From assembly GCA_951406725.2 (NCBI GenBank), contig OX597823.1, positions 80,662,001 through 80,726,000 of the forward strand: a stretch of DNA of 64,000 nucleotides, in the 5' to 3' direction. The DNA is from Octopus vulgaris (lineage: Eukaryota). Every line of letters starts with the position of its first letter. Position 1 is the first letter of the stretch. Below are positions 11,961-23,908 of this stretch, one piece after another. The notes under the pieces are model-generated. The model was not told the DNA's origin and searched no databases. It was given only the letters and a program-made list of their open reading frames with translations. Both the position numbers and the translations under genes were made by a program.

Positions 11961-12634
11961 TTGAAGCGCTTGGTGCTGCACTGTTGGGTTTCGTTTTTTC
12001 CTTTTTTTAAAAAGATAAATGTGTTCAACAGAAAGGATACACTAATGAGTTGGAGCTTCAGAATAAGTTTTACTGGTTATATTTTACTTTTAGGATCATT
12101 AAGTAAAGATGTATCTGTGATGAAAACAATTCTCCACAAATGATTTCAATTCATATAATAAATCTCTGAACGAGGCGATGTTCTCCTGGGGCTACAAGCT
12201 AAAGTAACACCCACCCTTAGTGGTTAACCATATTGAGATGGCAAATATACCTCACATTGTCGTGCAGTTACTGTTTATACCTCGTTCAGAGATTTATTAT
12301 TGCTTGCATACAGTTTTTCGAGATCAGTGACGAAAAGTTACTGGAAAAATGATATAAGTATTTGCATTGGGACCCCTTTCATCGAAAACCGGTGTTTTGA
12401 CTCGTCTAGGGACCCCTCTTTCATCTGCGTATTGAGAAGTTAGCTGCCTATTTTGTTGAGTGAGTTCGTTTTTTGTTCGTCGTTGTTTGTGTTTGCTCGT
12501 GAATTGAACAGTTGTCCGTTGTGTGACAGTAATTTTCGCCCTACGGGGCTGAAAATTCTGTGTATAAACATTGTTATTACCTTCGGGGTGATTTTTTTTT
12601 TTTTTTTGAAAAATTGGTTCTCATAATTTGAGAA

Positions 12635-14040
12635 ATGGAGTTCGACTTGGCGTCGAGGAGCGACTTTCCCGTGATGGGAAAAGGCGAACAGAAGGATATC
12701 GAGGTTAGAAAACAGTCTTTTTCGGCCGCAGTGGACGGAACCGTAACGGAAGTGGAATTCAAAATAGAACAGTTGTTCGAATACCGGAACTTGGTCAAAA
12801 AGGAAGGCAACGAAATAAAACTGGTACCGCTGCAAGCGATATTACAGGAAATAAAGGCCAAGACAGTCGTGTACAAGGTTTACAGTAACAAAGAGAAAAA
12901 AATAATGGACGTGAAGAACGAAATAGTAGAGAAGTGCTTGTCCCCGGTGTGGAGCAAAATTCGCTACGTCGGTCGAGGTGCCCGCAGCGCTACCGTTGAA
13001 GCACATTTCGACTCGGCTGATGTGGCAAGAGAGATTTCATCGATGACCTTAAAAAGTGAGGACATCATGTTACTACCTACCTATATGGGCAAAAGAACTG
13101 CGAAACTATATGTGGAAGACATACCAAGAGGATATGATATAATGTGGGTAGCAGCGGCGGTTCTGCACGACGTAGAGCAGAAAGTCTCAATTCTGCAGAT
13201 GAAAAGGAAAGAAGAGGTAAACTGGAAGGGATAAGCGCTCGAACTCCTCGTTCAAGCAGAAAATAATGTGCTAGAAAACTTACCCGATAGGGTATTTATT
13301 GAGGAGGGAATTACAATGAGAGTGTCAGTGGAGGGGCACAGACCTAGGTGTTTCAAATGTGGCGAAAAGGGTCACGTCCGCTCGAACTGCATAAAAAAAA
13401 GAAAAACAGCGAAGCCCCTCCTCAAAGTGCTTCAAACACAGAAAAAGAAAAGGCGGAAAAAGACCCCAAGACTGCGACAAGGAAGGGAATCGAAACGGAA
13501 GATAAAAATGAACAAATGGAATTTACACAGGTGACACACAAAAGAAAAAAGAAAATACCCTGGACTCCCCTCCCCAAACAAAGAAAAAATCAGCAAACAC
13601 CGCAGAGATACATACAAAACAAATTCCCCAGCCCTACCCCCACGGCACTGTATTCATTGAAACACAGTTCGCCAAGCCCCTCCCCATAAAACAAGATTGG
13701 AAAAAATTGATTAAAAAAATGAAAAGATTGTAGCATTCGACGAGAGGAATGATAGAGTGTTTAAGTATTTAAAATTTTCAAAACTGAAATTATTCAGTAA
13801 GTCTGCAGACACTAAGTCGACCACTCGTTTTGCAAAAATAAAGGAAGACGAGTGGAAGGAAAAAACACTCCAAGAACATTTTTAAAATAACCTTATCAGA
13901 GACGTAACTAACGAAATACTGGAGGGCAAACTTACTATAACCCCGGCAACCACACCTACCCAGAGCCCGATGGCAACGCCGGTTAAGAGCCCTGCAGCTA
14001 CGACCACAAGGGAGGAAGAAGGTGAAGCATGCAGATTTAA
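12635..14040 (+). pseudogene. LINE ORF1 (gag-like, zinc knuckle), disrupted; 3' end approximate
   Basis: 199-aa ORF, in-frame TAA at 13232-13234, same frame continuing to CFKCGEKGHVRSNC, then frameshifts in A-runs. Confidence 0.8.
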
Positions 14041-14091
14041 ACTGTCATGCTCCCTGTCCCAACCGTAAGTTTTTTTTCTCTCTCTCCGACA

Positions 14092-17000
14092 ATGGCAAAG
14101 CTGGGTTGTGTGAATGTGCGTGGAATGGGGTCGAAATGGAAACAAATTTGTCTCCTGAACGACCTCACGACACACGGAGTGGACGTAGCTATTGTAACCG
14201 AGTCCAAGATGAACGGGGCCCAAGCGTTCTCGCCTCTTCTAAATGGTTTCGAGAAATTTATTTCTCCTAGCCGAGGAAGAGCTTGGACTTGCAGGTAAGT
14301 ACTGTCTTTCTGGACCCAGAAGGCAGGCTGGTCGTTCTGGATGTGACCCACGTAAGTAAACAGTCCTTCAGGTTGGTAGCTGTCTACGCTCCGAATGAGT
14401 GTAGGCAGTCGGGTTTTTTTCGGAATCTGGAGCACTTTTTAGTGACCTCGAAAACGGTAGTCTTAGTAGGGGACTTTAACACTGTCCTCGAAGCGCGGGT
14501 CGACAGTGTTGGCTCAACCAATAGGAAGGGGAACCCTAGCCTCAAGGGTCTACTAGAGAGCTTTAATCTAGTAGACCGTTATCGACTGGATGAGCCGAGC
14601 GTTCCACAGCGGACGTGGAGTAACAACGACGGCTCACGCAGATCGTATATAGATAGGATATTCGTTAGAAAAAGAGATAAGGATACGTTTAGTTGTCCAC
14701 AGTTTCACATTGTGCCTTACACGGATCACAAATTTGTGACTTGTAGGGTGCAATTAGATAAGTGCCATAGACAGGGACCCGGGTACTGGAAGCTGAACAA
14801 GTCTATTTTGAATTGTGAAGACTTCCGTACCCGGATTAAGGTGTTAGTACAGAGGGCATTATGTGGCACCATCATTAACAATAGATGGTGGCACTCCCTC
14901 AAAAGAGCCATTCGTTCAGAGTCCATTAGATTTAGCAATCAGCTAAGGTTAGATAGGTCTAGGATAGAGGACGATTTAGTTAAGAATCTAAACGAGGCAA
15001 TGGAATCTGGCTCTGCATCCGGAGTGATGGCGGCAGGGACTGTATTGTACCGTCACCTTAACTCCAAACACGAAGGTTGCAGAATTAGAGCTAAGCTACG
15101 CGCAGGGAAACGAGAAGGTATTAACGTTGCCGGATGGGCCCGTCGAGTGGAGAGTCAGATAGGTAACAAAGCTTCAATCAAGTCTTTAACTGACGAACAG
15201 GGACACAAGATCTATGGACAGGAGGAGATGCAAAAGTTTCTTCACCAGCATTTCGCCCGCGCGTTCGGGGTGGGTGGGTCGCTGGAGCGGAGGAAGGCCT
15301 TAAAGGACTTCCTAGCCGGCGGACCGCGGCTCTCGGGGCGTGAGGTGGAGTGCTGTGAAGGAGCGATTACTCCCGCGGAGATAGAGGGGGTGCTGGCCGG
15401 ATACTCCGGGGAGAAGTCGCCGTGGTTGGATGGTCTGCCCTACGAGTTTTATCAAAGTATGCCGGACTTGTTCGGGGGAATACTGGCAGTCGTCTACGCG
15501 AACTGGCAGCAGAACGGGAGAATTCCCAGTTCTGTAAGCCGGGGAGTGGTGACGCTAATCCAGAAAGACCCGAGCAAGGGGGATAACATTAGTAATTACA
15601 GGCCCATAACTCTACTTAATGTAGAGTTAAAGATTTTGGCCAAGGTGTTGGCAAAAAGGTTGACGACTGTCGTAGAGAAACTTGTAGAGAAAGCACAGAC
15701 ATGTGCAATTCCAGGCAGGTCGATCCAGGACAATCTTCACCTTATACGCTACACCTTAGATAGGGTGGGTAAATTAACCGGCAAGGGCGGAGTAATGGTC
15801 CATTTAGACCAAAGTAAAGCGTTCGATAGGGTAGACCATAAGTACCTGGCGATGGTCCTCGAAGCGGCTGGACTGGGGCCTGAATTTCGCGGGTGGATCT
15901 CCGCTATGTATAGCGGCATCAAGTCCACCGTCCAGATAAACGGTTACCTAACGGAACCGTTTTCGATCGAATGTTCAGTTCGTCAAGGGTGCCCCTTGTC
16001 ACCACTTTTGTACGTGTTGGCTCTCGAGCCATTGCTGCGAAAGTTGGAGAGGCTGGGAAGTAACCCGGATGAGATCGGAGGCGGGAGGACGGTTTCTGCT
16101 TATGCGGATGACGTCACCCTCATCGTGTCCAATGAGGCTCAGCTACCTTGTGTAGAAGATGCTATCAGAGGATACGAGGCGGTGGCAGGAGCAAAAGTTA
16201 ACAAGGACAAGTCGATTGGCTTACGCCTCGGCACCTGGAGGAGCAAGTCGATATCGTCCAGTGCCGTGGGACACTGGACAGATGGTCCTGTTAAGTTGCT
16301 AGGCGTTTGGTTTGGGCCAGACTCCCAAACGGAGAGGAATTGGAGTGAGGTGACGGGCAAGGTGGAGGCCATAGTACGGACCTGGTCCGGAAGGTTTCTG
16401 TCCTTGAAAGGAAGGGCGGAGGTGGTACAGATGTTCATTGCATCTGTAATCACTTACCGCCTGACCGTTGTCCCTTGCCCCGATTCATGGCTTAGCAAGT
16501 TGGAGCGAATCCTTTTCCGCTTTTTGTGGAAGGGAGGAAAGCCACTTGTGAGGCGCTCCGTTTGCTGCCAGGAACCGTTAAAGAGTGGGTTAGGAATGCC
16601 TTGGTTGATGATGCGCAGACATGCGTTGAGGCTGAAGCATCTCTAGCACCACCTGGAGGGTGATAAGGTGTGGAGTCCGCTGGCAGGGGAATTTTTCCCG
16701 AGACCGGCTTCCTTAGTGAATTTTAAACCCGGTTGCATCAAAAGACGGAATCTGACTTTATGGCAAAAGGAGTGCCGACAGGCACTCACGCTGATCCACA
16801 AGGCGGGCAAGGCCGGCAAGGCCGGCTGCGGAAATACCACCTCGGTATTTTATAGCAGGCTGGTAGAGGCAAAGAACGACGACGTCCTAGGAGGGGCTCT
16901 GGGGTTCGACGAAGACCAGCTTACCAACCTGTTTAAAAAGACTTTCAGGACGGGGTATTTGGATAATTTCCAAAGATCCCTGGTCTGGCAGTGTTATAGG

Positions 17001-17459
17001 AATGCTTTACCTGTTCGCGAGAAGTTATCGCGGAACGGAATTTCAGTGCCACCGACATGTCCAAGATGCCGGTTGGACGATGAAACCGTCCAGCACGCTT
17101 TTGTACACTGTCGGCAGTTGTTAGACTTGATAAGTTACGCAGAACACGTGTTATTGCATCTGGGACGAGTACAGCTGTCGGCTGAGTCTATGATTAAGAT
17201 GATACCGCCAACTGGACTCTCGAAGGAAAGTGAGGCATGTTTTCACTGCACGGTTGCAGTAGTAAAAGAATGCATGTGGCGTACAAGAATGGAAGGAGTC
17301 GCAATAGGATCCTTTGTCTCAGGCCCCGGCTTGCTCACTTACTTCAGATATCATCTGAAGAGCAAAATGGGGCTGGAAAAGAAGACCTTACCACGAGGTG
17401 TGTATGAAAAAATATGGAAGGAAGTGGCGAAAAAGGTGGGTGTCAGAAACCCAGTTTAA
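14092..17459 (+). pseudogene. LINE ORF2: AP endonuclease, reverse transcriptase and C-terminal zinc finger; one frameshift (~14280) and one stop (16644-16646)
   Basis: CVNVRG, VTESK, VYAP, GDFN, SYIDRIF, TDH (APE); DGLPYEFY, NYRPITLLN, LDQSKAFDRV, VRQGCPLSP, YADD (RT); CPRC...ETVQHAFVHC. Confidence 0.95.
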
Positions 17460-17721
17460 CTATGGATGGAGAAGAGGAAAGGAAAGCTGCGGGGCCTTAT
17501 AGGTTGCCGGGGTTGAAAATATATCGGTAAGATTTCAATCTAATGTAATGTTATATTAGTCAATGCAAAGGACAATTTAAATACAGTTTTTTGTATAATG
17601 AATGATCCATATATTGTGGAAATTTTTAAACGAACCACTTAACTGTTTTTTTTATGTATGTCCTGTATTGTTCTTCTATGTGCTGATTTTATAATCGTAA
17701 TAAAGAATTAATCGAAAACCG

Positions 17722-17780
17722 GTGATTGTCGTACGCTGATGACCGGTCAATACCTAGAAACTGCAGTCCGTGCGTATCAC
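17722..17780 (+). ncRNA. Type I minimal hammerhead ribozyme, predicted cleavage after C17768
   Basis: Stem I GTGAT..CGTACG / CGTGCG.ATCAC; CTGATGA at 17736-17742; stem II GGT-CAAT-ACC with a mismatched base; GAAA at 17757-17760; palindromic CTGCAG helix III; GTC triplet. Confidence 0.75.
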
Positions 17781-18239
17781 TTAGGTCGACGAGGGAAGGA
17801 TGACCTCCCTTTGCAAATAGCCAACTGGAGGCGATGTTCTCCTGGGGCTACAAGCTACAGTAACACTCACCCTTAGTGGTTAGCCATATTGAGATGGCAA
17901 ATATACCTCACATTGATTTCAATTCAGTTTTAGCAGAAAAATTTGGAAGAATTAGAATAAAGCTCTCCGGTAATTTTCTTTCATGTAAATAAATGCTAAT
18001 GTTCCTTTAAGAATTTGCCAGCAAAACCTTATAAAATAACAATGCTTTTATATGTTATATATGAAAATAAAGATCACACTGACGTCTGTAAATTTGTCGA
18101 CACAGTAATACAATACTCAAATACGAAAGTTTCTTCATAACTGTCCCTCTATTTTTTCCGAATCCTCGAATCAAATTTACTAGTCAATACATACATACAT
18201 ACATACATACATACATACATACAGACAGAATTATGTATG

Positions 18240-18430
18240 TATTTATGCGTGTATGTACGTACGTACACAACAACTTCTTTCAGTTTCCGTCTACCAAATC
18301 CACTCACAAGGCTTTTTTTCGGCCCAAAGCAATAGTAGAAGACACTTGTCCAAGGTCCCATGCAGTGGGACTGAACTCGGAATCATGTAGTTGGGAAGTA
18401 AACTTCTTACCACACAGTCACACTTGCACC
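18240..18430 (-). mobile_element. SINE family A, 5' half
   Basis: CTTCTTTCAGTTTCCGTCTACCAAATCCACTCACAAGGC...CTTACCACACAG. Further partial copies at about 20455-20670(-), 30440-30800(+), 31083-31231(+), 44325-44650(+), 55369-55655(+). Confidence 0.8.
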
Positions 18431-19344
18431 TATATTTTAAAACGGACACCATAAAACCAAAAACTCCAGAAATCCGCGCCACTTCTGGTCCCAATACTGC
18501 AAGGTATTTGGTCCGGTACAGTAATTTAGACAAGATAAGAACGACAATTCTGTGACCGGTTTTACGAAGTATTTTCTTCCACGACAGATGAAAGTGTATA
18601 CGTCATATAATTCATTGAATAATAACACCTGAGCTTAACTCCTCTTTTATACGGTCTCAGGATTGTCTGATAGCCTCATTTGAAATGATAATAACCAGGC
18701 GCGTATGGAAGTGGGGAGTGAATCAACCAATACTGAATGAGAGAAAGAGGATCTATAGTACTTGACTTGAAATTCTTTTTATCGAAAAAGCAAAGTTGAC
18801 CTCAATGGAATTTGAACCCGGAACGAGATATATGGACTGCCTTATACACAATAGGATAAAATTGGCAAAAAAAAGCAAAAACAAAATGAAAAAAAAGGCT
18901 TCGGAAAGGCGATGCATACTCTGTGCGAGCACAAGGATAAAATAGAATTCAATTTAATAATCTCAGACGAATTCATATTTCAACAAAATGGCATCAAGAA
19001 TTATTTCCCCTGCTTATCGTTTATGCATATGTAACAAAGAAAAAAACATTTTGATTCACCAAACCAAAATTTAATGAGTTCGAGCCAATCACCCAAAGAA
19101 TATTTCTGCCAAATTTGGTGAAAATCCGTTCAGCCGTTTTCCCGTTATTTTGCAAACACACAGACGAAAAGACGAAGACTAGCGACTACAATACTCTGCT
19201 TTCGTTTACGCTCCCAGAGTAACATGAAAAGCAATATTTGCAGTGTTTCAGCAGTACATCCGGAAAATTTCTAAAAATGATGAAATATAAAAAACTGATA
19301 CTCCGTCGGTTACGACGGCGAGTGTTCCGTTTGGTCCAATTAAC

Positions 19345-19605
19345 TGAACATTTTGCTCGTGAAATCGTGAGCACTTCACAAGATACGCATATCCATAGTG
19401 TAGTTCTCTGGAAGGTTTAACATGATACAGAATGTGACAAGGCTGGCTCCTTTAATTACAAATTCAACTATTTTTTGCCAGCTGAGTGAACTGAAGCAAC
19501 GTAAAATAAAGTGTCTCGCTCAAGGACACAATGCGCCGCTAGGAATCGAACTCACAACCTTACGATTGCAAGCCGAATACCCTAACAACTAAGCCACGCG
19601 CCTAC
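19345..19605 (-). mobile_element. SINE family C variant
   Basis: Reverse-complement head GGCGCGTGGCTTAGTTGTTAGGGTATTCGG...TCCTTGAGCGAGACAC. Relatives at 28110-28365(+) and 54830-55145(-). Confidence 0.7.
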
Positions 19606-20209
19606 ACTTTATAAGGAATAAATTCAGAATATTCTTTTCTACTCTAGGCACAAGGCCCGAAATTTTGGGGGAGAAGGCCAGTCGATTGGATCGACTCCAG
19701 TACGCAACTGGTACTAAATTTATCGACCCTGAAAGGATGAAAGGCAAAGTCGACCTCGGTGGAATTTGAACTCAGAAATAAAAGACAGACGAAATACCGC
19801 TAAATTCAGAATATTGCGTCAATTTTAATGTTTATAACACACAAGCGCACTCATATTCATTTTCCCTATATTCTATTTTCATTCCTGTATTCGTTAAGGT
19901 TATCTCCGTAAATTATCAAACTATGTAATTATTTTGTTCACAGATCTACGCTTTTTAAAATACTATTGTATTTATATTTATGTTTTCTACGATGAATCAT
20001 CGTAAATTTGAAGATTATACTCATTGTTTAGCTATATTTATAATAGTTTCAAGATTTGGTACCAGGCTGGTAATTGTGTGGGAGGGTGCAGGTCGATTAC
20101 ATCGACCCCAGTGCTCAACTGGTACTTATTTTTATCGATCCAGAAAAGAAAAAAGGTAAAGTCGACTTCGGCAGTGTATGAACTTGGAACGTAAAGCCGG
20201 AAGCAATAC

Positions 20210-20441
20210 CTATTTCTTTACTACCCACAAGGGGACAAACACAGAGAGGACAAACAAGGACGGACAAACGAATTAAGTCGATTATATCGATCCCAGTGCA
20301 TAACTGGTACTTGATTTATCGACCCCGAAAGGATGAAAGGCAAAGTCGACCTCGGCAGAATTTGAACTCATAACGCAACGGCAGACGAAATATGGTTACG
20401 TATTTCGCCCGGCGTGCTAACGTTTCTGCCAGCTCGCCGCT
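20210..20441 (-). mobile_element. SINE family B, full length
   Basis: TATTTCTTTACTACCCACAAGGGG...TTCTGCCAGCTCGCCGC, near-identical to 28716-28935 and 35184-35415. Confidence 0.85.
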
Positions 20442-20671
20442 TGGTAACTGTTTTTTCACTTGTTTCAGTCATTTGACTGCATCTATGCTGGGGTACCGCC
20501 TTTTAGGGTTTTAGTCGAACAAATCGACTCCAGGACTTTTTTTGTTAAAGCCAAGTACTTATTCTATTGGTCTCGTTGCCAAACCGCTAAGTTACAGGGA
20601 TACAAGCACACCAACTCCGGTTGTCAAGCGGTGGTAGGGGACAAACACAGACACAAAGACACACACACATA

Positions 20672-22445
20672 CTCAGCTTGTTCAAATGGACTAAGGGAAG
20701 AGTAAGAGAGCAATGCCGTTTGCAATACCTATGATATGGAGAGAGCCAAAGGATCATTTTATGGACTGTTATTTCTTCAACGTTAATGTATGTGGGTTTT
20801 CTGTAAAGATCAAGCATAAGATTGTGTATCCAACTTGGAATAAGCAAAAAGACCTGTACCCAACAAGGATGCTGATCTTCCTATTCCAATACAACCAGAA
20901 AATGGCCTTCAGATGTCTGACGAAGATGTATTTCCTGAAGAAAATACTACTGCTGTGAAAGACACCGAAGTGGATGCAGATTTCCTGATTGAAAATGAAG
21001 ATGTACCACAGAAATTTTCTCAAGGAGAGTTAAATGATTTAATTAGAGAGTTGTCATTGTCGAAGGATAAAGCTGAACTATTCTCGCCTACAAGAAAAGG
21101 GTCTGCTTAAGAAGGATGTTTGTATTACTCATTTCAGGAAGACAAATAGGGATCTGACTTCATGCTTCTCTGTTGATGGACCACTTTGTTTCAGTAATAA
21201 CACTGATGAGTTATTTCGCTGTTTGTTCCAAGAGCATGTCCCAGTTGAATGGCGCTTATTCATTGATTCATCTAAGAGAAGCCTCAAGGCAGTACTACTA
21301 CACAATAGCAATAAGAAACCATCCATTCCCTTAGAACATTCAGTGCACATGAAAGAGTGTTATGAAAACATGCAAGTACTCCTCAATGCCATAAAATATA
21401 CAAACTACAGCTGGAAAATATGTGGAGACTTGAAGGTGATTGGAATGTTGATAGGAATGCAATCTGGGTTCACGAAATATTGTTGCTTTTTAAACCTATG
21501 GGACAGTCGTACAACTAACAAGCACTATGTGCAATCAGAGTGGCCCTTGCGAAAATCATATGAGCCGGGAGTTTCTAGCGTCCAGAGTAAGCTACTTTTA
21601 AACCGAGAAAATGTTCTTCTTCCTCCTCTTCACATAAAGCTTGGCCTCATGAAACAATTTGTGAAGACACTTGCCAGGAAAAGCTCAAAAGGTTTTGAAT
21701 ATGTGAAGGCCAAATTTCCAAAAATCACCGAGGCAAAACTGAAGGAGGACGTATTCATAGGTCCGCAGATAAAAGAACTGAAGGACAACCACTTCATCAC
21801 AGCACTGGATGAGATTGAGCTTAAAGCCTGGGAATCCTTCAAATGACTCTGTGAAAATTTCCTAGTCAACAAGAGATCTCTAGAGTTTAGAAATGGAGTG
21901 AAATGTCTTCTAGACTCCTACGCTGCAACGGGCTGTCGGATGTCACTAAAAGTCCATTTCCTTGATTCATATCTGAACTTTTTTGCAGAGAACCTTGGAG
22001 CAGTGTCTGATGAGCAATGGGAATGCTTTCATCAAGACATTGCATCAATGGAACAACAATATCAAGGATTTTGAAATGCAGGAATGTTAGCTGGCTACTG
22101 TTGGATGGTATACAGGGATGAACCTGAGACAAAACACCATAGAAAGTCCAAATCCCAAAGATTTTAAGTTGTTATGCATTTGAGTGTATTCTAGCTTATT
22201 TGTACACAATAATTTTAATTTTGTACAATAAAAAGCCATGAAATTATCGTATCTTGTATTCAATATACTTTATATAGACATTCTTTACGTATCATATAAG
22301 TTAAAACAGCAGGCATCATTTACATGAAAATGTGACCTGATAGAGGAAATCGGACTTCAGATTCGTAATCAGCATCAAACTTTAACCCAGAAAAGTCAAC
22401 CAGCAACTCTGGTGATTAAAAAAAGTTTCATTTTGTTGACCAGTG
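20672..22445 (+). mobile_element. 5'-truncated Chapaev3-like (CMC) DNA transposon with a decayed transposase
   Basis: MIWREPKDH..DCYF, FSQGELNDLIREL, EWRLFIDSSKRSLKAVLLHN, ICGDLKV, LPPLHIKLGLMKQFVK, MSLKVHFL, AVSDEQ..FHQDI. Right end ...TTTTGTTGACCAGTG followed by TAA. Confidence 0.75.
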
Positions 22446-22584
22446 TAATTATTACGTCGAGTTCTTAGTATAAAAATTTGAAAATGTACAAAATATGATC
22501 TTTAACTTCGAATAAGTAAATTCATTATAACACTCTTCATACCAAAGTATATAATTTCACACTGCATGCAAATTACAATGATAA

Positions 22585-22798
22585 TCTTTTCTGCTCTATG
22601 TACAAGATCCGAAATTTTGGGGGAGGGGGCCAGAAGATTAGATCGACTCCAGCACGCAACTGGTATATATTTATCAACCCTGAAAGGATAAAAGGCAAAG
22701 TCGACCTCGGCGGAATTTGAACTCAGAACGTAGCGGCAGACAAAATACCGCAAAGCATTTCGCCCGGGGGTGCTAACGTTTCTGCCAGCTCGCCGCCT
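22585..22798 (-). mobile_element. SINE family B with alternative tail
   Basis: AAAGGCAAAGTCGACCTCGGCGGAATTTGAACTCAGAAC...GCCAGCTCGCCGCCT. Confidence 0.85.
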
Positions 22799-22947
22799 TT
22801 CATAGATTGAATTATTGCGTAAAGATGACATTAGTATTTGTTCACAATTATTTTATTAAAATTAATTATACGATAATTTAACTTGATTAATGTTTAACTT
22901 AATAGAATTTCGATGAACTAAACAAATTTCTTGTGATAAAAGGATGC

Positions 22948-23356
22948 GGATCTTTTCGGTTAGAACGGCAGTTTTTAAAAATAACTTCCACGTAACTAAA
23001 CACTTAAACTTCGTATACTGGTAGAATGTGTTTATAAAACATCTTTTTCTCTTGGCTTTATTGAGAAAATTCTATAGTTTGTAAGATATTTGTTGTTTTT
23101 TTCTTCTTCAATTTCTGCAATTTCAACCAATCAGTGACGTCTATTGAGGTGAAAACATTCTGTGCCGTATGAATATGTCCCTCGTTTAAGAAACAGATTG
23201 GGTTTATTTACATTTCTGAAGAAAAAGATACCCTTCCACCCACCCATAACCCTAAAACAGATTGAAATGTAATAGATCGATACTGCGGTCATAATTATGG
23301 GTGACAATTTCATATGACACCGCTAGAAAAAACTGCCGTTCAAACCGAAAAGATCC
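22948..23356 (+). mobile_element. MITE family M1 (GGATCTTTTCGG TIR, 8-bp TSD)
   Basis: TIRs GGATCTTTTCGGTT(T)GAACGGCAG / CTGCCGTTCAAACCGAAAAGATCC; TSD AAGGATGC. Confidence 0.9.
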
Positions 23357-23515
23357 AAGGATGCTACAGAATGTACAACATATAATGAATCCAGTATTGT
23401 TGAGCAGCAATGCTAGTCTCATACTTTTTAAGGTTTATTATGACATTCTGTAACTCTTTTGAGCGTGCGTGTTTTTCAATTCTAGTTTCGTACTTTTTAA
23501 AGGCAACGCTTGTAA

Positions 23516-23908
23516 TCTTTATATATAAAACTGTAGATGTGTGAGTGTCTGTCCCCTTCGATTTAGATTCCTAACTACTCCCACATTTTGCGGTGCAGTT
23601 TAACCAAAAACGGGTATCTTATAGTCGTGATTCATATCGAGCCCTTCTGGGTATTAGCGCGCGTCTACGATGAGTCTACGATTTTTAAAATAATTTACCA
23701 TCATTTTTTTCCATTTTCATGCATATTTTTTTAAAGGGAAGTAACTCACTAAAAATGTCTACGATGAGTCAACGATTTAAAAAAAAATTTACCATCATAT
23801 TTTTTCCATTTTTAATGCATTTTTTGCTATTTTTTGGCTATAACTCTCTAAAAATGCTGTATAGTTATTTCCCTTACAAACCCGAGCAACGCCGGGCGAT
23901 ACTGCTAG
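23516..23908 (+). mobile_element. Non-autonomous Helitron-like element with an internal duplication
   Basis: A|TCTTTATATATAAAA start, subterminal hairpin CCCGAGCAACGCCGGG, CTAG|T end, no TSD. Confidence 0.8.

Larger units (their letters stand above)
12395..17710 (+). mobile_element. Near-full-length L1/Tx1-type LINE, 5316 bp
   Basis: Perfect 14-bp TSD ATCGAAAACCGGTG at 12381-12394 and 17711-17724; ORF1 with CCHC knuckle; ORF2 APE-RT-CCHC; AATAAA at 17699-17704. Confidence 0.93.
12154..17913 (+). mobile_element. Hammerhead-bearing retrozyme/Penelope-like partial tandem (326-bp unit), split by the L1/Tx1 LINE
   Basis: TSD TGATTTCAATTCA at 12141-12153 and 17914-17926. 88-bp direct repeat at 12172-12259 and 17828-17915 with 3 mismatches. 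21-bp inverted 5' segment at 12155-12175 matching 12280-12300. Hammerhead at 17722-17780. Confidence 0.8.

Noticed and set aside
12172-12259. 88-bp direct repeats read as LTRs of the RT element, or as a U1/U2 snRNA target
   Set aside because: The RT is non-LTR (APE domain, own TSD inside the repeats), and I see no convincing snRNA match or Sm site.
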